Of a stretch of DNA of 64,000 nt, positions 1 to 13,200 are shown in pieces. A model generated the notes under the pieces. It was given only the letters and a program-made list of their open reading frames with translations. It was not told the origin of the DNA and did no database searches. Origin of the DNA: Vicugna vicugna (taxonomy: Eukaryota); NCBI GenBank assembly GCA_013265495.1, contig MU057711.1, positions 1,860,001 through 1,924,000 on the forward strand, written 5' to 3'. Made by a program: the position numbers and the translations under genes. The first letter of the stretch is position 1. Each line of letters begins with the position of its first letter.

Positions 1-2694
1 ATGGACAAGTCAGGCGTGCTGTCTGACCTCGAAGCACAGATCCTCTGCTTTTCAGCTCAAATCCATCCCATCTCAAGGGTACCCTCTCCAGCATCTGGAG
101 AACTCAGGAGCCTCCCACAACCTGGGGGACTGAGGCACTCCCCCAAAATACTCGCTCTCTCTGCACCAATGATGTGCCAAGTGCCCACTGGGCAACTGTG
201 CAAGACAGTCACAAGCCTGGTCCCATTTTACAGAAGACACTGAGGGATGGAGAGGGGCCGGCTGCAGCAGGAGCTTTCGGGGAGCACATCACAGCCCTGC
301 AGGGTCAGCGGCTGCAGCGGTGGTGGGTCTAAGGCCCCCCACTCCGGAGCTCTCACCTTCAGGGCTCTGCCTCTTTTCAGAAGGTGGGGGAGCTAACGCC
401 CCCCGAGGTGGCCTTCAACCAAAGGGGGACTGGAGCCTGTTGGGGGTCCCGCACACACATGAAGGTCCGAGCAGAATCCAGCCAGGGGGTCCGCAGCAGT
501 AGTGACCTTTCCCTTTCCCTGCCTCACTCTTCCTGCCCCTCACACCTGCTTCCTGGAGCTCCTACTTCCCGATCACAGAAGCTGAACCCAAGTCCTGGCC
601 TCAGGCTCCATGTTCAGGAAACCTATCCACCACACTTACCTAAGGTGGTGGCGCTAGATTAGGGAGCCGAGTCTATCCAAGGATCTGTCGTGCTCGGGCC
701 ACCTTCCAGACTTGTACCCTATTTATTCTCATTTACTTTTATTACTATCATTCAACTTTGTCCTTTCACCTGGCTCAGGCTTAACAGTGCTACCTACCTG
801 AGCATAATCCCCAATAATTACCTTGATGAAATCATGAGTATGATATTTTGGTGATTCCCATTAAAATAAATACATAATTACTAAAAAAAAAATGTGTGAG
901 CCACCTAAAATTGGGCTGCATATACCTAAAAGTGGCTCTGTTCCCCCCTCCCTGGAGTCCCTGTTCTGACCCACACTTTGCACAGAACTCCGGGGCTCTC
1001 GGTGTGTGCCTCCCTCCCCTGCAGCTGTGAGAGGGCTGGAGGTGGCGTTGCCTGCCCAGCACAGCGCCCGGCCCGCCTCCGGCTCGGCAGAGGCAGGCAG
1101 GGGAGAAGAGGTGGCCTGGCCCGCAGGGAGGAGAGAGCCCTAGGATTCTCACTGATGTGCTGGTGCCAACGATGCAGCCCCTCTGCGGGGCCCCACGCAC
1201 CCTTTACACTCATTCAAATCTACAACTCAGCAGAGAAAATTTCAATTTTCCCTAGATTTTCATGTTTCTGCCTCCAGAAAAATTGCCATTGTGGGCTTTG
1301 TTGCTAAGCTGCCGAGTTGTCGACCCTCAATGACTGAGGCCTCCCCAGGCCCAGCCTCGGCGGTGGTGGGAGGAGATTAAGCTTGTCAGGCCCAGGGAAG
1401 GCGCAGGGGCAGAGGCGGGGAGGTGGCCACCTGGCCCAGGACCACAGCGAGAAGGAGAACCTGGTGTGGCTGGGGTGGCATGCCAGGTACCCCCCCCCAA
1501 ACGAGGCAGCTGTGGCCAGGAGCACTCCCTCAACTCCATTTCCAAGTGTGGGGCAGGGCAGGTGAAGTCCTGAACATCACCACTGGGCCATGTGGCCCCC
1601 TGGTCCCTCCTTGGCATCCCTGACCCTTCCCTCGGCGCCCCTACACCACCCCTGCCCCCTCCCACCTCTGCTGTTTCAACCTGAATGACCACGACGTCCT
1701 TACACGGTGGTCAGGCCCTCATCTCACCCTACACTGTGCCTACTGTCATAAATAGACTTGAAATATCTCATCATAAACTATACTCACCGACCACTTACTC
1801 TATGCCAGGCTCATCTTTATTTATGTTGTTTCTTTACTTATATTATTGGTCATAAATGTTCTGCGTATATTAATGCATTTAACCCACTCATAATTCTTTC
1901 ACTAGATACACGTTACATTTGAGGAACCGAGGTTCAGAGGCCGAAATAGACTTTTGGGAGTGCCCAGCCACCACCTGTTGCGCATGTGGGGATACTGAGG
2001 ACCTGGGGTTTGAGGGGGAGACTTGCCCTCAGGCAGCATCCAGCAGAGCCAGGAGGGTCTGGATTCCCCACTCACCAACCTCATGAAATGTCAATACATT
2101 ATAGGTGGATTTATGGGAGCCCCCCAACACACACAGACACACACGAGGAGGCTGAGAAGACTGACGTGATGCAGAGGCGCAAACTGAGAAAGAGCACCCT
2201 GTGGGAAGTGCTGGGTCACCCAGGAGCCTGCACACAATGTGTCAGCCTGTGGCCATGACATCATTCCCCAGGAGGTCTCGGAAGCAGAGACACTGCCCCC
2301 AGCCCGGCTCAGATGACCAGCACTCCTGAGGACGGTGCTACATCCACAGCCTGCCAGGGTCCGCCGTCCCCGGCAGAGCCAGTTACCAGCTCATCTCAGC
2401 TCCAGGCACAGAGTAGATCCCCAACACTTGCTGAAGGTTCCAGGAGTGAATGATGGATGGATGAGTTTTCAGCCAGGTCATGAGTCAGTGCTGGGCGCGG
2501 GCTGTGAGTGAGCTGCGTATCCCTCACTCCCCAGCTCACACTCCCTCTAAACAGGGCTTCATCCGTCCTAGTTCATCTTCTCCTAAAAATGTTATTGTTG
2601 GGTTATTCTGTAAGGGCCTCCCCACAGGCACTCTTGGCTTAGAACTGCATAGAGACAACTCTGAGAAGCCCCAGATTTCAGGATCCCTGCTTGA

Positions 2695-2950
2695 TGATTG
2701 ACTACATGATGAATGAATGAATGAATGAATGAAAGGGTACATTGCAGGTCTTGTCCAGGAGAAAGGAATGGGTAACCATGGTGTGAATAAATGAATGACT
2801 GGATGGATGGAGGGAGTGGGGAAAGGATGAAATACTGAAGCCCCAGGGCTTGGTCTAAAGAAGTCACTTTCTAACCATGGTATGAGTGAATACCTGAATG
2901 AGAGAATGAATGGATGGACGATGGATGAATAGATGGATGGATGGATGACA
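2695..2950 (+). repeat. Degenerate (ATGA)n/(GGAT)n low-complexity tract
   Basis: Direct reading. Confidence 0.85.
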
Positions 2951-3994
2951 AAGCTAATGACAAAGAAGGTGCCAGGAGCCACTTAAGGAAGCCCCTGTCA
3001 CGTGGAGGCCCAGGGGTTGACGGGTGGAGGCTCCAGCTGGAAGCTGAGGGGTTAATGAGTTTGACCATTAGCTTGACCACTTGGGCCCAGAGGGGCTGCC
3101 CCCACAGAGCCTGTCCAGTGTCACCAGGTCCCTGGGGTGTCCACACATTGTGGTAGAATGCAATTAGTCTAGTCTTCAGTACGGCCTGCATTTGTCATTC
3201 CTTAATTTGAAAGAACCTCTTGGAACCAGGGAGAGAGCACGGGTATGTGGAAAGCTCAGCTCCCTAGCCTTAGCCTGAATCCCCGGAGAAACGGTACTAA
3301 CAAAGGAGACGCTGGGAGTGAACAGGAGGAAAGAGTTGGGGGTGGGTGGGTACAGGTCTTCTATTTATTCAGACCAGAAGAAAACAAATGGATAGATTTA
3401 ATAAAATAATAAGCTGAGATTATTAAAGGTACAGCCTTAGCAGTGTAATTTAGTGTGGGATAAAGAGTTTGCATTTTTGTCTGGTAAAACTGGACAAGTG
3501 GATACCTCTTTCCACCAAGACACTGGAGTGTGTGTTTGTGTGTGTGTCTGTGCGCGTGAGCCTTCACGTGCATGTATGTCTTCCCCCGACCAGGGACCTC
3601 CAAAACTCACCCGAAATCTCCCTACTGACTATCCAACACCCACAAATAAGCACGCCCTCCACCCCACTAGGAGCCAAGTGGCCCCCTTGTAGGTTTTCCA
3701 GGGAGGAAGTCAGGCCAGCCAAGCACACGTGGGTATCACCCCTTCCTCGCCACTGCTGCCCTGGGCTTCTCCTTCCCTGCCCAAATGGGCCAACAGTACA
3801 AAGCAATCACTTCCTATTCATCTTGGGAAACTTCTTGCATTCACTCATTCATTCTCTGAATATTTACTGCGCACCTACTCCATTCGTGCCAGGCTCTCTC
3901 CAAGTGCTGGGGCAACAAACACACTGCCCTGGGGAGCCTGCATCCCAGGGGCTTCAGAAGGCTGTCCAGGAAGCCCCAAGACAGAAGGTTCACA

Positions 3995-4175
3995 CCCCAT
4001 CTCCACCACTGACCAGCTGTGTGCCCTTGGATCCGTTACTAAGCCTCACCAAGGGGGAAAATGGACAGAGCACACCTTCTGCCTCCTCTGGTTGTGGTGA
4101 GGATTAAATTGGATAATCCAGGTTAAGCACTTTGGCCCAGCGCCGGGCACACGAGAAATGCTCAATGAATGTAAA
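3995..4175 (+). mobile_element. MIR SINE
   Basis: CCACTGACCAGCTGTGTGCCCTTGG...GGTTGTGGTGAGGATTAAAT...GCTCAATGAATGT. Confidence 0.8.
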
Positions 4176-4667
4176 CTCACTGCAGGTTGTTTCCAGATCA
4201 GTGGCAGCAAGAGCAGAGGCCGCTGGGAAGACCCCTGGTTAACCACAGGGCTCCAGCCTTCAGTGAGCCATGCCTCCCACTCTCAGTTTACCCTTCTCCG
4301 GAGCATCTTCAGCTTCCCACGTCCTCACACACCAAGGATCTGGAGTAGAAGTCGCTAATGACACATAACAGAGAGAGCAGACCCCACTGTCCTAGCACTG
4401 AGCCCATCATGTACCCAATCCACTCCCCAACAGTACTTCAGTCCCCTCTGCCACAGGTTTGGTCCCTTCCAGTGACGGGGAACTCACTCCCTTCTGAGTG
4501 TTCATAGCAAGAAGAAATGATGTTACCAAAATCCCTAAGGGACGTCCTGCTGTCCATCTCTCTGAGAAACAATTAACAGGAACCCCCAACTCCCACCACC
4601 CTCTAAGAGGAGAAAGAATCGGTTGCCTGTTACATGGCAGCCATTTTTTAAAATAACCTTACAATTT

Positions 4668-5025
4668 ACATCATTTGTTCCTTCAACAAATATTGCCAAG
4701 TGTCTACTCTGCCAGCCCTGTTCTAGGCTCTGGGGACAAGGTAGCAAGCATAACAGAGTCCTTGCCCTCAGAGAGCAGGGACGATGTGATGAGAGGAGAA
4801 TGATAATAAAGCAATAAATCTGTCTGTTGCAAGTCAGGTTTCAATACGACGAAATGGAGAGCAGGATAAGGGAAAAGGGTGAAGGAAGGGTGGGGTGTCC
4901 TCCAGGTGACAAGGTGACACTTGAGCTGAGACTTGAAGCAAGCCAAGGTGGAATCTGGAGGAAGAGCACTGCAGGCAGAGGGACTAGCAGGTGCAAAAGC
5001 CCTGAAGCTGGAACGGGCTAACATG
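4668..5025 (-). mobile_element. L2 LINE 3' fragment
   Basis: TTCAACAAATATT...TACTCTGCCAG..CTGTTCTAGGCTCTGGGGA...GCAGAGGGA..AGCAGGTGCAAAAGCCCTGA. Confidence 0.8.
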
Positions 5026-8000
5026 GGTACATTCTAAATCTCCATTTTCCGAAATGCCAATGTGATGCCCCAAGAGAAGGCACTTGTTCTGCCTTCAGAG
5101 GTCACAGGTCAAGCTATTCAGTCCCACAGAGACCTAAAATCCAACCCCAGCATTGACTCACTGTGTGACCTGACGCTGGTCTCTCAACCTCTCTGGTCTT
5201 GGCTTCAGCAACAGCGAATCGGGGCTGAGCATCCTCCAAGAAGGCACTGCCAGGGAAGGGAGGTCCCTGGGGTCCTCTCCAGTCTGCCGCTCTGTGCAGC
5301 ACGCACCCACCATTCCCCTCTACCCCATGGCACCATTCTCACGCCCGCACCAGCAACACCACGCAGGATTGGTACTCCTGCCAAAACAGCTATTAACCCA
5401 GTAGCCAATAATAACACGTTATCCTATCAATTTGCTTCTGAAACGCTGTGTAATTGCAGAACCCAAGTTTGCCATTTCGGTAGCTTGGTTACGACATAAA
5501 CAGAGAGAAACTCACCAATTCCTTCCCAAGGAGAGCAACCGGCTGGCCACGAGAAACACCCGCTTATAGCCGAGTACCCACCGACGGGGCCCCACGGAAT
5601 CCATCAGGAATCACAGACTGGTGATCAACAGTCAGAGGCTTGTCTCGGTGTCCTCTTGGCTTGTCCCCCTGTGACTGAAGAGGAGACTGATGCCTGGGAG
5701 GTGATGGCTCAGGGCCATGCTGGCCTTGTGGGTGGCAAGCACTCAGGCAGACTCCCCGGCCACCAGCCAGGAACCATGGTGCAGGAAGTGGGACAGATGT
5801 GAGGGTGTGGGAGGGGGCGGGAGCCAAGGTGCCTAGGGGCCAGCAAGCACTCCAGCCCAAAGGGCACAGGCCATCGGGGATGCAGGCCAGCCTCCTCACA
5901 GGAGACAGAGAGGCCAGGAGGCCACCGGATGGGCACTGAGAGAAGGGCCGGGGAAGCCAAGAGAGCAGTGCTGACCCAGAAACCAGGGTGCTCCTGAGAG
6001 GCCACACCCCACCCCCACACCGTAGGACCCAGCGCAGGTCTGACACCCCGGTCACCAGTGCCTCCTAGGCCTTCGCTTTTTCTCTCCCACTCCAGGAAAA
6101 CAGTTCCCTTCCTCCTGGATTAGATTCCACTCTGAGCGAACATTCCACTTCCCAGGGAGCCAGGAGCCTCTGATGGGACTCTTGGCGTTCTGGTACAGAC
6201 ACCAGCCTGTTTTATCCATTCTTCCCCTCAGCCCCGCCCCTCCACTTACCTCTCCCCCCTGCTCACCAGGGCGCCCCAGGACAAGCTGTTTGATGCCCTA
6301 GCTCCCAGCATCCAGCTGCGGGGCAGGCGAGGGCTGGAGATGCGCTTCCTACTGCCCTACTGGTGACCTCAGCCCCGGGACGCACCCCCACCCTCGGCCT
6401 CAGCCGGGGAAAGGATGGGCCCAGCGTGGCTGCTCCCGCCGGCGGCGCTTGGCAGAAAATCCAGCTAGTGGGGAGAGGAAGGGCCTCGGGGAGGGTGTGG
6501 GGGAGGAGACAGAGCAGGCCAAAGGCTCGGCCACTCAGCCAGATGCTGACCCAGTTGAGGGCCCCAGGCCCCAGGGGTGCCAGGGAAGTTTTGACTCCCC
6601 CGCCAGCTCTGGGATTCCTGCAGAGATGAGAGCTTCAGTGCCTGTGCCTGAGGCTGGGGTTAAAGGAGGAACACAGGCTGCCAGGACAGGGTGGGGGACA
6701 GCCCCTCAGAGGCCCTGGGTGGGGTGGGTGGGGTGCCGTCTGCGGGAAGGAGCTCTCAGTAAATGGAAACCAGGCCCCAGAAACTGGCCAGGCCACAGCG
6801 GCTGCACAGCTCCAGGGAAAAGCCTGCTGCTCCCTGAAAGGTGCCCCAACCCCAGCGAAAGGCGTGTTAAAAATGAAAGGGCAGGGAGGGGACCAGGGTG
6901 GCAATTGGCTGCAACCACACAATCCCTCCTCCTTTGTGCTCCAAGCACCTCCACTGTTGGCACATTATCCTCCAAGGCCGGCTGGCCCGTCAGTGATGTA
7001 AAAAGCCAACTCTCCGAGCAATTTTTCTCCCTTCACTTCTCTTCACGGCCTTCAGTCAGGTTTCCAGCAGAGCTGGGCCTGAGCTGCCCCCTGGGCCTAG
7101 AGCTCAGCATCGCGCTGGGCCAGGCAAGCCTGAGTTCCCCACACCCACTACCTTCATTTTCAGAGATTCAGCCCTCAACACTGAATCCTCACCCCTCATC
7201 AGTGAGGAAAGAAACCAGCGGGAGGGGGAGGGCAGGCCAGGGACACATGACTACAGGTGACAGTTTGGGCTCTGTGGGATCCCAGAGTCCTGACATCAAG
7301 AGCTTGGTGTGGAGTGGAATTCAAGAAGTGTAGATGTCATCTACCCATTCATTCATTCATTCACTCATTCATTCACCTATTTGACAGATGTTGGTGACAT
7401 GCTAGTGCTGGAGGTGTGGGGGTGGGGACATCGCAGGCACGGTTCTCACCCTACGGCGTTCACAGCCTCATGAAAGAGACAGACGTTCTATATGTGCTGA
7501 CATCTGCCACAGCTGGAGAAGTCCCCAGAGAGGGGAGCCAGCGGGGAATGGGGTGCAAAAGTGTGCCCTCGAGAAAGCAATCTCTACGTTGAGACCAGCG
7601 GGATGAATAAAGATTAGCCAAGGAAAGGAAACAGGGATGGACACAGAGATCCGAGCAGCTGCCCAGCACGTGCTAACACCTGAAGGTGAGACTGAAGTCT
7701 TCGACCATTGCCGCTAAATCTCATCTGTCTCCTCTCTCCGAGCCAGCCGTGGTGGGTGGCCCATCACTAGCAGCCCTGCCCCCAGCTCCCAAACTCGGGG
7801 AGCCCCCCTAGCTGGCACCTTTAAGTGGCTAAGCCCATATTCCCTAAATTCGAGACCTTCTTTTCCAGCTGAAGTTCTTGTTTAAATGTTTTCATATGTT
7901 TATTTTTAGGGGGAGATGGGAAGAGAAAAGGGAGTCCTGAAGGTCTTCTACTTTTCAGGGGAAAAAAAATTAATAAATAAATAAAGCCTCAAGAAAAGGG

Positions 8001-10339
8001 CATGGAAAGGTCTCTGCATGTGTAACCACTGAACAAATTAAAATTAGCTCATTTAATCAGCTCCTAATGGCCTGGCTGTCCCGAGTGGGCCCCGGAACAC
8101 AGCAAACTTCACAGCAGAAACGAGCAAGCCAATGTCAGTTTATCCTACAACAAAGGGATTGTCTAAATAGCACGATCAAAATGCGGCGAAGGCAGCAGAG
8201 AGCTGGGGAGACCAAACTCGGCCCCCCAGTTCCTGGTGGGCCCCCCACCTCCCAGCTTCGTCCCTTTGAATGGACTTGTTCTCTTGGCTTTTGTGCTAAT
8301 TATCTAAACATGTGTGTAACTCTGTTCTACAAAGTGTGTTTTAACCAGCAGAGAGAACGCGAGCCCCCACCATACGTTCCTGCGGGCCCGTGGCCCCGAG
8401 CCCCAAGCTATCAATCTGCCTCCAACGCACACACAAACACACACACAGACACATGGACACCTACACACGCCGCAGTCACATACACACACCACAGTCACAT
8501 ACCCACACAGTTCTGTCCAAAGTCACATGTCACGCCCACTTACGTACGTGGAGTTATACGTGTACAGTTCCACACAAGCACAATCACACACACAGTGACA
8601 TACACCACACACTCGGGCACATGATACACACAGCTCTCCAGTTCCCATCTAACAGCTGGAGCGGGGAGGCACAGCTCACACCAGACCCCCAGGGAGGGCC
8701 GCTGTGCGCACACCTGAGGCCCAGGCTGGTAGCAAGGACTCTTATTTCCCTGGAGTGGTTTCTCTACGCAACTTGCCACCTGGGCTAAGTCATTAGGGCA
8801 ATTGAGGAGCAGGGAGTGAAAGGCCAAGGAACAGAGACTGGGGGGCCCAGGGAAAAAAGGGCTGGGGGTGCACAGTAGGTACCAGGGTGAGCCGAGCCAG
8901 CGGCCACTCCCGGGCTTGGCAGGGAGGCCGGGAGGCAGCTCTGCTGCCGACGCCAAGCTCACCTTCCCGTCCGATGGCTCCAAGCAGATGCCCTGAAGCC
9001 CTAAGCCCTCGGTGCTCAGCCCCGTGGGACACAAGCCAGGCTGTGTTCAGATCCCGGCTCCACCACTCACTAGCCCTGAGCCTTCACCTCCTCCTCCATC
9101 AAGTGGGAAACGGCAGCCCCTGAGAAGTGTGCCGATTAAATTAGACGGTGCCAGTAAACTGCCCAGCACAGGACAAACGACATCAGCCTTTGCTGCCGCT
9201 CCCACTCATACACACGGGCGTGGTGGCCCAAGAGGACGGTCAGACGGCAGATTAGTAACACAACCAGACAAGAGCTAGTCGTTTTGTAGCTTTCAATTTC
9301 TTGCCCAACCCCAACCCCAACCCCCAGAGTGAGGGAGGGGAAATAAAAAAAGAAAATCAAGGACATTAAACAAGGTGTAAGGAGTCACCGACCAGGACAA
9401 TGGGACCTCTGGAAGGCTCTGACCTGAAGTGCAACAACGCTTCCCAAATGCCTGCACGCTCTGATTTCCACAGCAACACCCTGGGGATGTGCAGATGTTA
9501 TCCCCAAGTCACAGACATGGAAACCGAGGCTCAGAGAGCTGGGGAGCCTGGGCTGGCGTCCTGGGGTGGCCAGTGGCAGGGCCAGCTTGCAAAAGAGTCT
9601 GCCAAGCTCAAGGCCACGTGCTCATGCAATGCAGGGCCTGCTCACCAAAGTGCAAACTTTCCTCCTAAAGGACTCCTAGAGGAAGCCCATCCTGGGAATC
9701 ATCTCCCGTGCGCAGCTCCTGGGGTGGCAAGAGCCTCAGACCACTCAACCCAGACCCAGGAGGGCAGCTCTTCTCCCCAGTGGCTCACAACGGCCTCAAT
9801 ACCCCACACCCCCATGTCGAGGAGGGGGTCAGCAAGGATCCTTTCCCATTTCACCCACTGGGAAACCGAGGCTCCGAAGTGTTGGGGGTGGAAGCTCAAG
9901 CTGCCACAGCTCCCGAGTCACTCCCAATGGGAGCTGAGTCTGCAAGTCTTGAGTCCTTCCAGACTGAGACTCCTACCGTCCCGGCCCTGCCCTCACCTAC
10001 CCAGCTCTTCCTGGGATCTGTTCCATGCAAAGCACATCTGCACGCCCAGGGAGTTTCAGAAAAGGGACCTGGATATGGGTTCCAGCCAGCAGGTGAATAG
10101 TGGCTATGAAAAATCCTGTTTAGGGATCCCATTCTCCATTCAATTGGCAGGGCCCAGGCTGATCCCTCAGTTCCCTGATGGCAGGAGACTCAGAGCCACT
10201 TAAAGCAGCCTCAGTAAGAGCAGCAGGACCTAGGGAACAAGCTCCTCCTCTACCAACTCACCAGCACCTACAGATCCTACATCCTGCAGGCTCCCCCAGC
10301 CCTGTCCCCAGAAAGCACCAGGCTGCCCAGGAGGAAAGA

Positions 10340-10540
10340 AGCATGGGCAGTGGAGGTCAAGTGTATGGACTTGGGTTGAATCTTGGCTCTGCCACATACA
10401 GGCTGTGTGACCTGAGGAAAGTGACCTTCCCTCTCTGAGCCATAAACCTCAACTGTAAAATAAAGATAGTAAAAATGGGTGCCTCCCTCCCCAACTTGAG
10501 GACTGAAAGGGATGATGTCTAGCTCAGTGCCTGCCTCAAG
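10340..10540 (+). mobile_element. MIR SINE
   Basis: TGGGTTGAATCTTGGCTCTGCCAC...GCTGTGTGACCT...CTCTCTGAGCC...CTGTAAAAT. Confidence 0.8.
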
Positions 10541-11937
10541 CTCTGACTGTTAGCCCTTAGTAAGTGCAGGGAATGTGGTTGGGGAAAAAAGGATAGTCTC
10601 AAATCTGCCTCCTCTCCTACAAGGGCTTCCACAGAGGCCCAGGCCATCATGCCCACCAGGCAGGATGTGGGAGCCCTTCCTCTTTCAGACTCCGCAGGAC
10701 AGTTACCCCCATAGACTCCCCTCAGGCTCATACTCCCCTCCACTGTCCCCGAACCAAGCCCAGCAGGCAGCTGATGGGGCAGCCCGGAGCACACGACCCG
10801 GCCCGGCAGACCCAGGACGGTACGGGCGCCTCCTTGCACGGGCTGGGCCCAGGAGGCCAGAGCTGGACCCAGAAAACCTCAGAGGGCCCCGAGCTTTGCT
10901 CTCTTATGATAGGATTCAGAAGAGAAACACAGGGGAAAAAAATAGTTGGCAGTCTTGCCCCGACCCACACACGGAGTGGGCCACCGGCTGGCCTTACCTC
11001 CCTGCTCCTGGGCCCTGTGGCCCTACACGCCTTTCTGCACTGAGCCTCAGTTTCTATCACTGGCTTTGCTTACCTGGCGAGGCTGCAGTGAGAGTCAGAG
11101 AATGATGCCTAGGGAGACGTTCTGTAAACTGCCAGATGCCAGGGCCACAGGTGGGATCCCTAGGGACAAGTGGGACAGGGAGGCAGGAGACACCAAGGGC
11201 AGGCACAACCTGCCCGCTCCCCTAAATCTGGGCAGTGTCCACAGAAGGAGAAGATGCTAATGCTGGAGCTGATTGTTCCCTCTGGGGCCCAGATGCAGCC
11301 AGAATGCAGGCAGGGCTGGTCCAGTTGTTGTCTACATGTTGCCGAGCACAGAGAGAGGCAGTCACCCAACACACACAGCACACAGTAGGTGTCAACTAGT
11401 TAATGTCAGGGCTTTCCCAGCCCCTAACCCTGCTTCTGCAAGAGACCAGTGCAGACAACCACAGATCACATACCCCAAATAATGGCTCCCCCACAAAGAA
11501 AAGACTGTACCTGCCCTCAGCCACCCTCAGGCATCAGACCCCTCGGGCTGCAGCCCAGGAAGGGTGGGAGGGATCCGCCCACTTTACAGGCCACAGGGAT
11601 GCTCATACCTGCTTAACCCCACCAGCAAAGGGGCTCAGACAGAGGAAACCACCCGGCTGGGGGTGGCCAAGAGTTCAGGCCCTGAATCCCAGTCCTGTCT
11701 CACTCAGCCCCGCGTGCCATCTCCAACAAAGGTCCTTCCCCAAGTGCTCCAGCTCCTGCTGCCCCCAAAGCTGTGAAACTTGAGTGAAACGGCGCACTGC
11801 CTCGCTCTGAGCCAATGTAGGCTACAATTAATCTGAAGCAGGGATTTTCTTAACTGCTGGGTTTTACAACCCAGACAGAAGAGATAAAGTACAGCTAGTT
11901 GACAATGCTGGCTTGAGGCTAGACAGTTAAAGCATCC

Positions 11938-11952
11938 TGCGCGTGTGTGTGT

Positions 11953-11986
<34 letters not shown>

Positions 11987-11987
11987 A
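11938..11987. repeat. (TG)n/(CG) microsatellite
   Basis: 50 bp of uninterrupted pyrimidine-purine alternation. Confidence 0.95.
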
Positions 11988-13079
11988 GGGGGCTCTTTGA
12001 AAAGCCCAGTGTGGTATGAATGGATTGCACCTGCAGGACAGAGCAGAGGTACTTCCCCGTGAGAAATGTTCAGGTCCCTTAGGGAATCGGCCAGACACAT
12101 TCACAGAGGAGGCAAGTATCTCAAAAAACATATCTTACCGGGGAGTAAAAGATAAATATATAAATAAAGGGAGGTTCACCTCCAATTTTCCTAATTGCCT
12201 TCCTTCGCAGGGACATGTGGTTCCACACCCCGCAGCCCCTTCTGAAGGCGGTGTCCGAGCCTACGGGATTCCCACGACCAGGAAGGCCAAGCATCCCTCA
12301 TTAGCTGTGCCGGGCCACCCAGGGGGCACAGGAGAAGTGGTGTCAGCAGGCACCAGGCCATGTCCCTCTAGCATAAAGCTGACTGCCCCCAGGAGAGGTG
12401 GAGGGACGATGTGTGAAGGGGGTTCCTTCTGGCCCTGTTCCTGCGGGGAGCTGCTCACCTGACAGCAGCCACATCTGAAACAGATACAAAGCATGGGCAT
12501 CAAATCTAGCAGCCAAGCCCCGGGGCTGGGCCAGGGGTTGGCCCTTTCTCCACATTCCAAGCTCAAATCAACCCGCTACAGGGCACAGGAGGAACAGGGA
12601 CAGTGTGCCCTCGTGTGTGCACCTGCCACCCTGGGACAGCTGAGAAAGTGGGGGGAGGGAGGAAAAGGCAGAGGTCGGGCAGTGCTGTTCAGTTTGGTGG
12701 GGTTGAAGGACGGCTCCACCTAACGTCTACTAAGCATCATTCTGTGTGCGGCGTGCTACACACCTTGCGTACACCTGTCCGCAACCCCCTACCCTACACC
12801 CTAGAAGCCAGATGTGTTCCATAAAAGTAATAGACTGTGTTTCCTTAGTATGTGGGAACACCTCAGAAGCAATCAAGCATATTGATATTTTGCAGCAAAA
12901 CAGATAATCACCAACATGAATTAAACAAAGATTATAAATAGCTTTGCAGGAGACAGGTCAAAGTTTGCTGCTAAATGAGTTACCAAAATAACAAACAAAC
13001 AAACAAAAACCCACACAATTCAAGTCTCAGGCTTTCTGGAACTCAGAACTGTAAATAAGGGGCTATGGACCTACATTGT

Positions 13080-13200
13080 CTCTTTAATCTTCCCGGTGAC
13101 TCTGTGGGGGAGGTATCATTGCTATCCCTGTTTTCCAGAAACAGAACATGAGGCACAGAGAGGTTAAGTAATTACCCCGCAGTCACACAGCATGGGGGAC
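13080..13200 (-). mobile_element. MIR SINE fragment
   Basis: TGAGGCACAGAGAGGTTAAGTAATT...GTCACACAGC. Confidence 0.75.

Noticed and set aside
630..680. Possible recursive splice site TTAG|GTAAGT on the minus strand
   Set aside because: The pyrimidine tract is weak and contains an intervening AG. Such motifs occur by chance in 60 kb and there is no supporting evidence.
6449..7333. 294-aa ORF on the plus strand
   Set aside because: Non-ATG start, no recognisable domain, composition typical of GC-rich non-coding DNA, antisense within an intron.
9400..10203. 267-aa ORF on the plus strand
   Set aside because: Runs through MIR remnants (ETEAQR-type translations) and has no homology I recognise.
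11157..11166. Perfect EBF palindrome TCCCTAGGGA
   Set aside because: A single site beside a MIR remnant with no clustering; not enough support alone.
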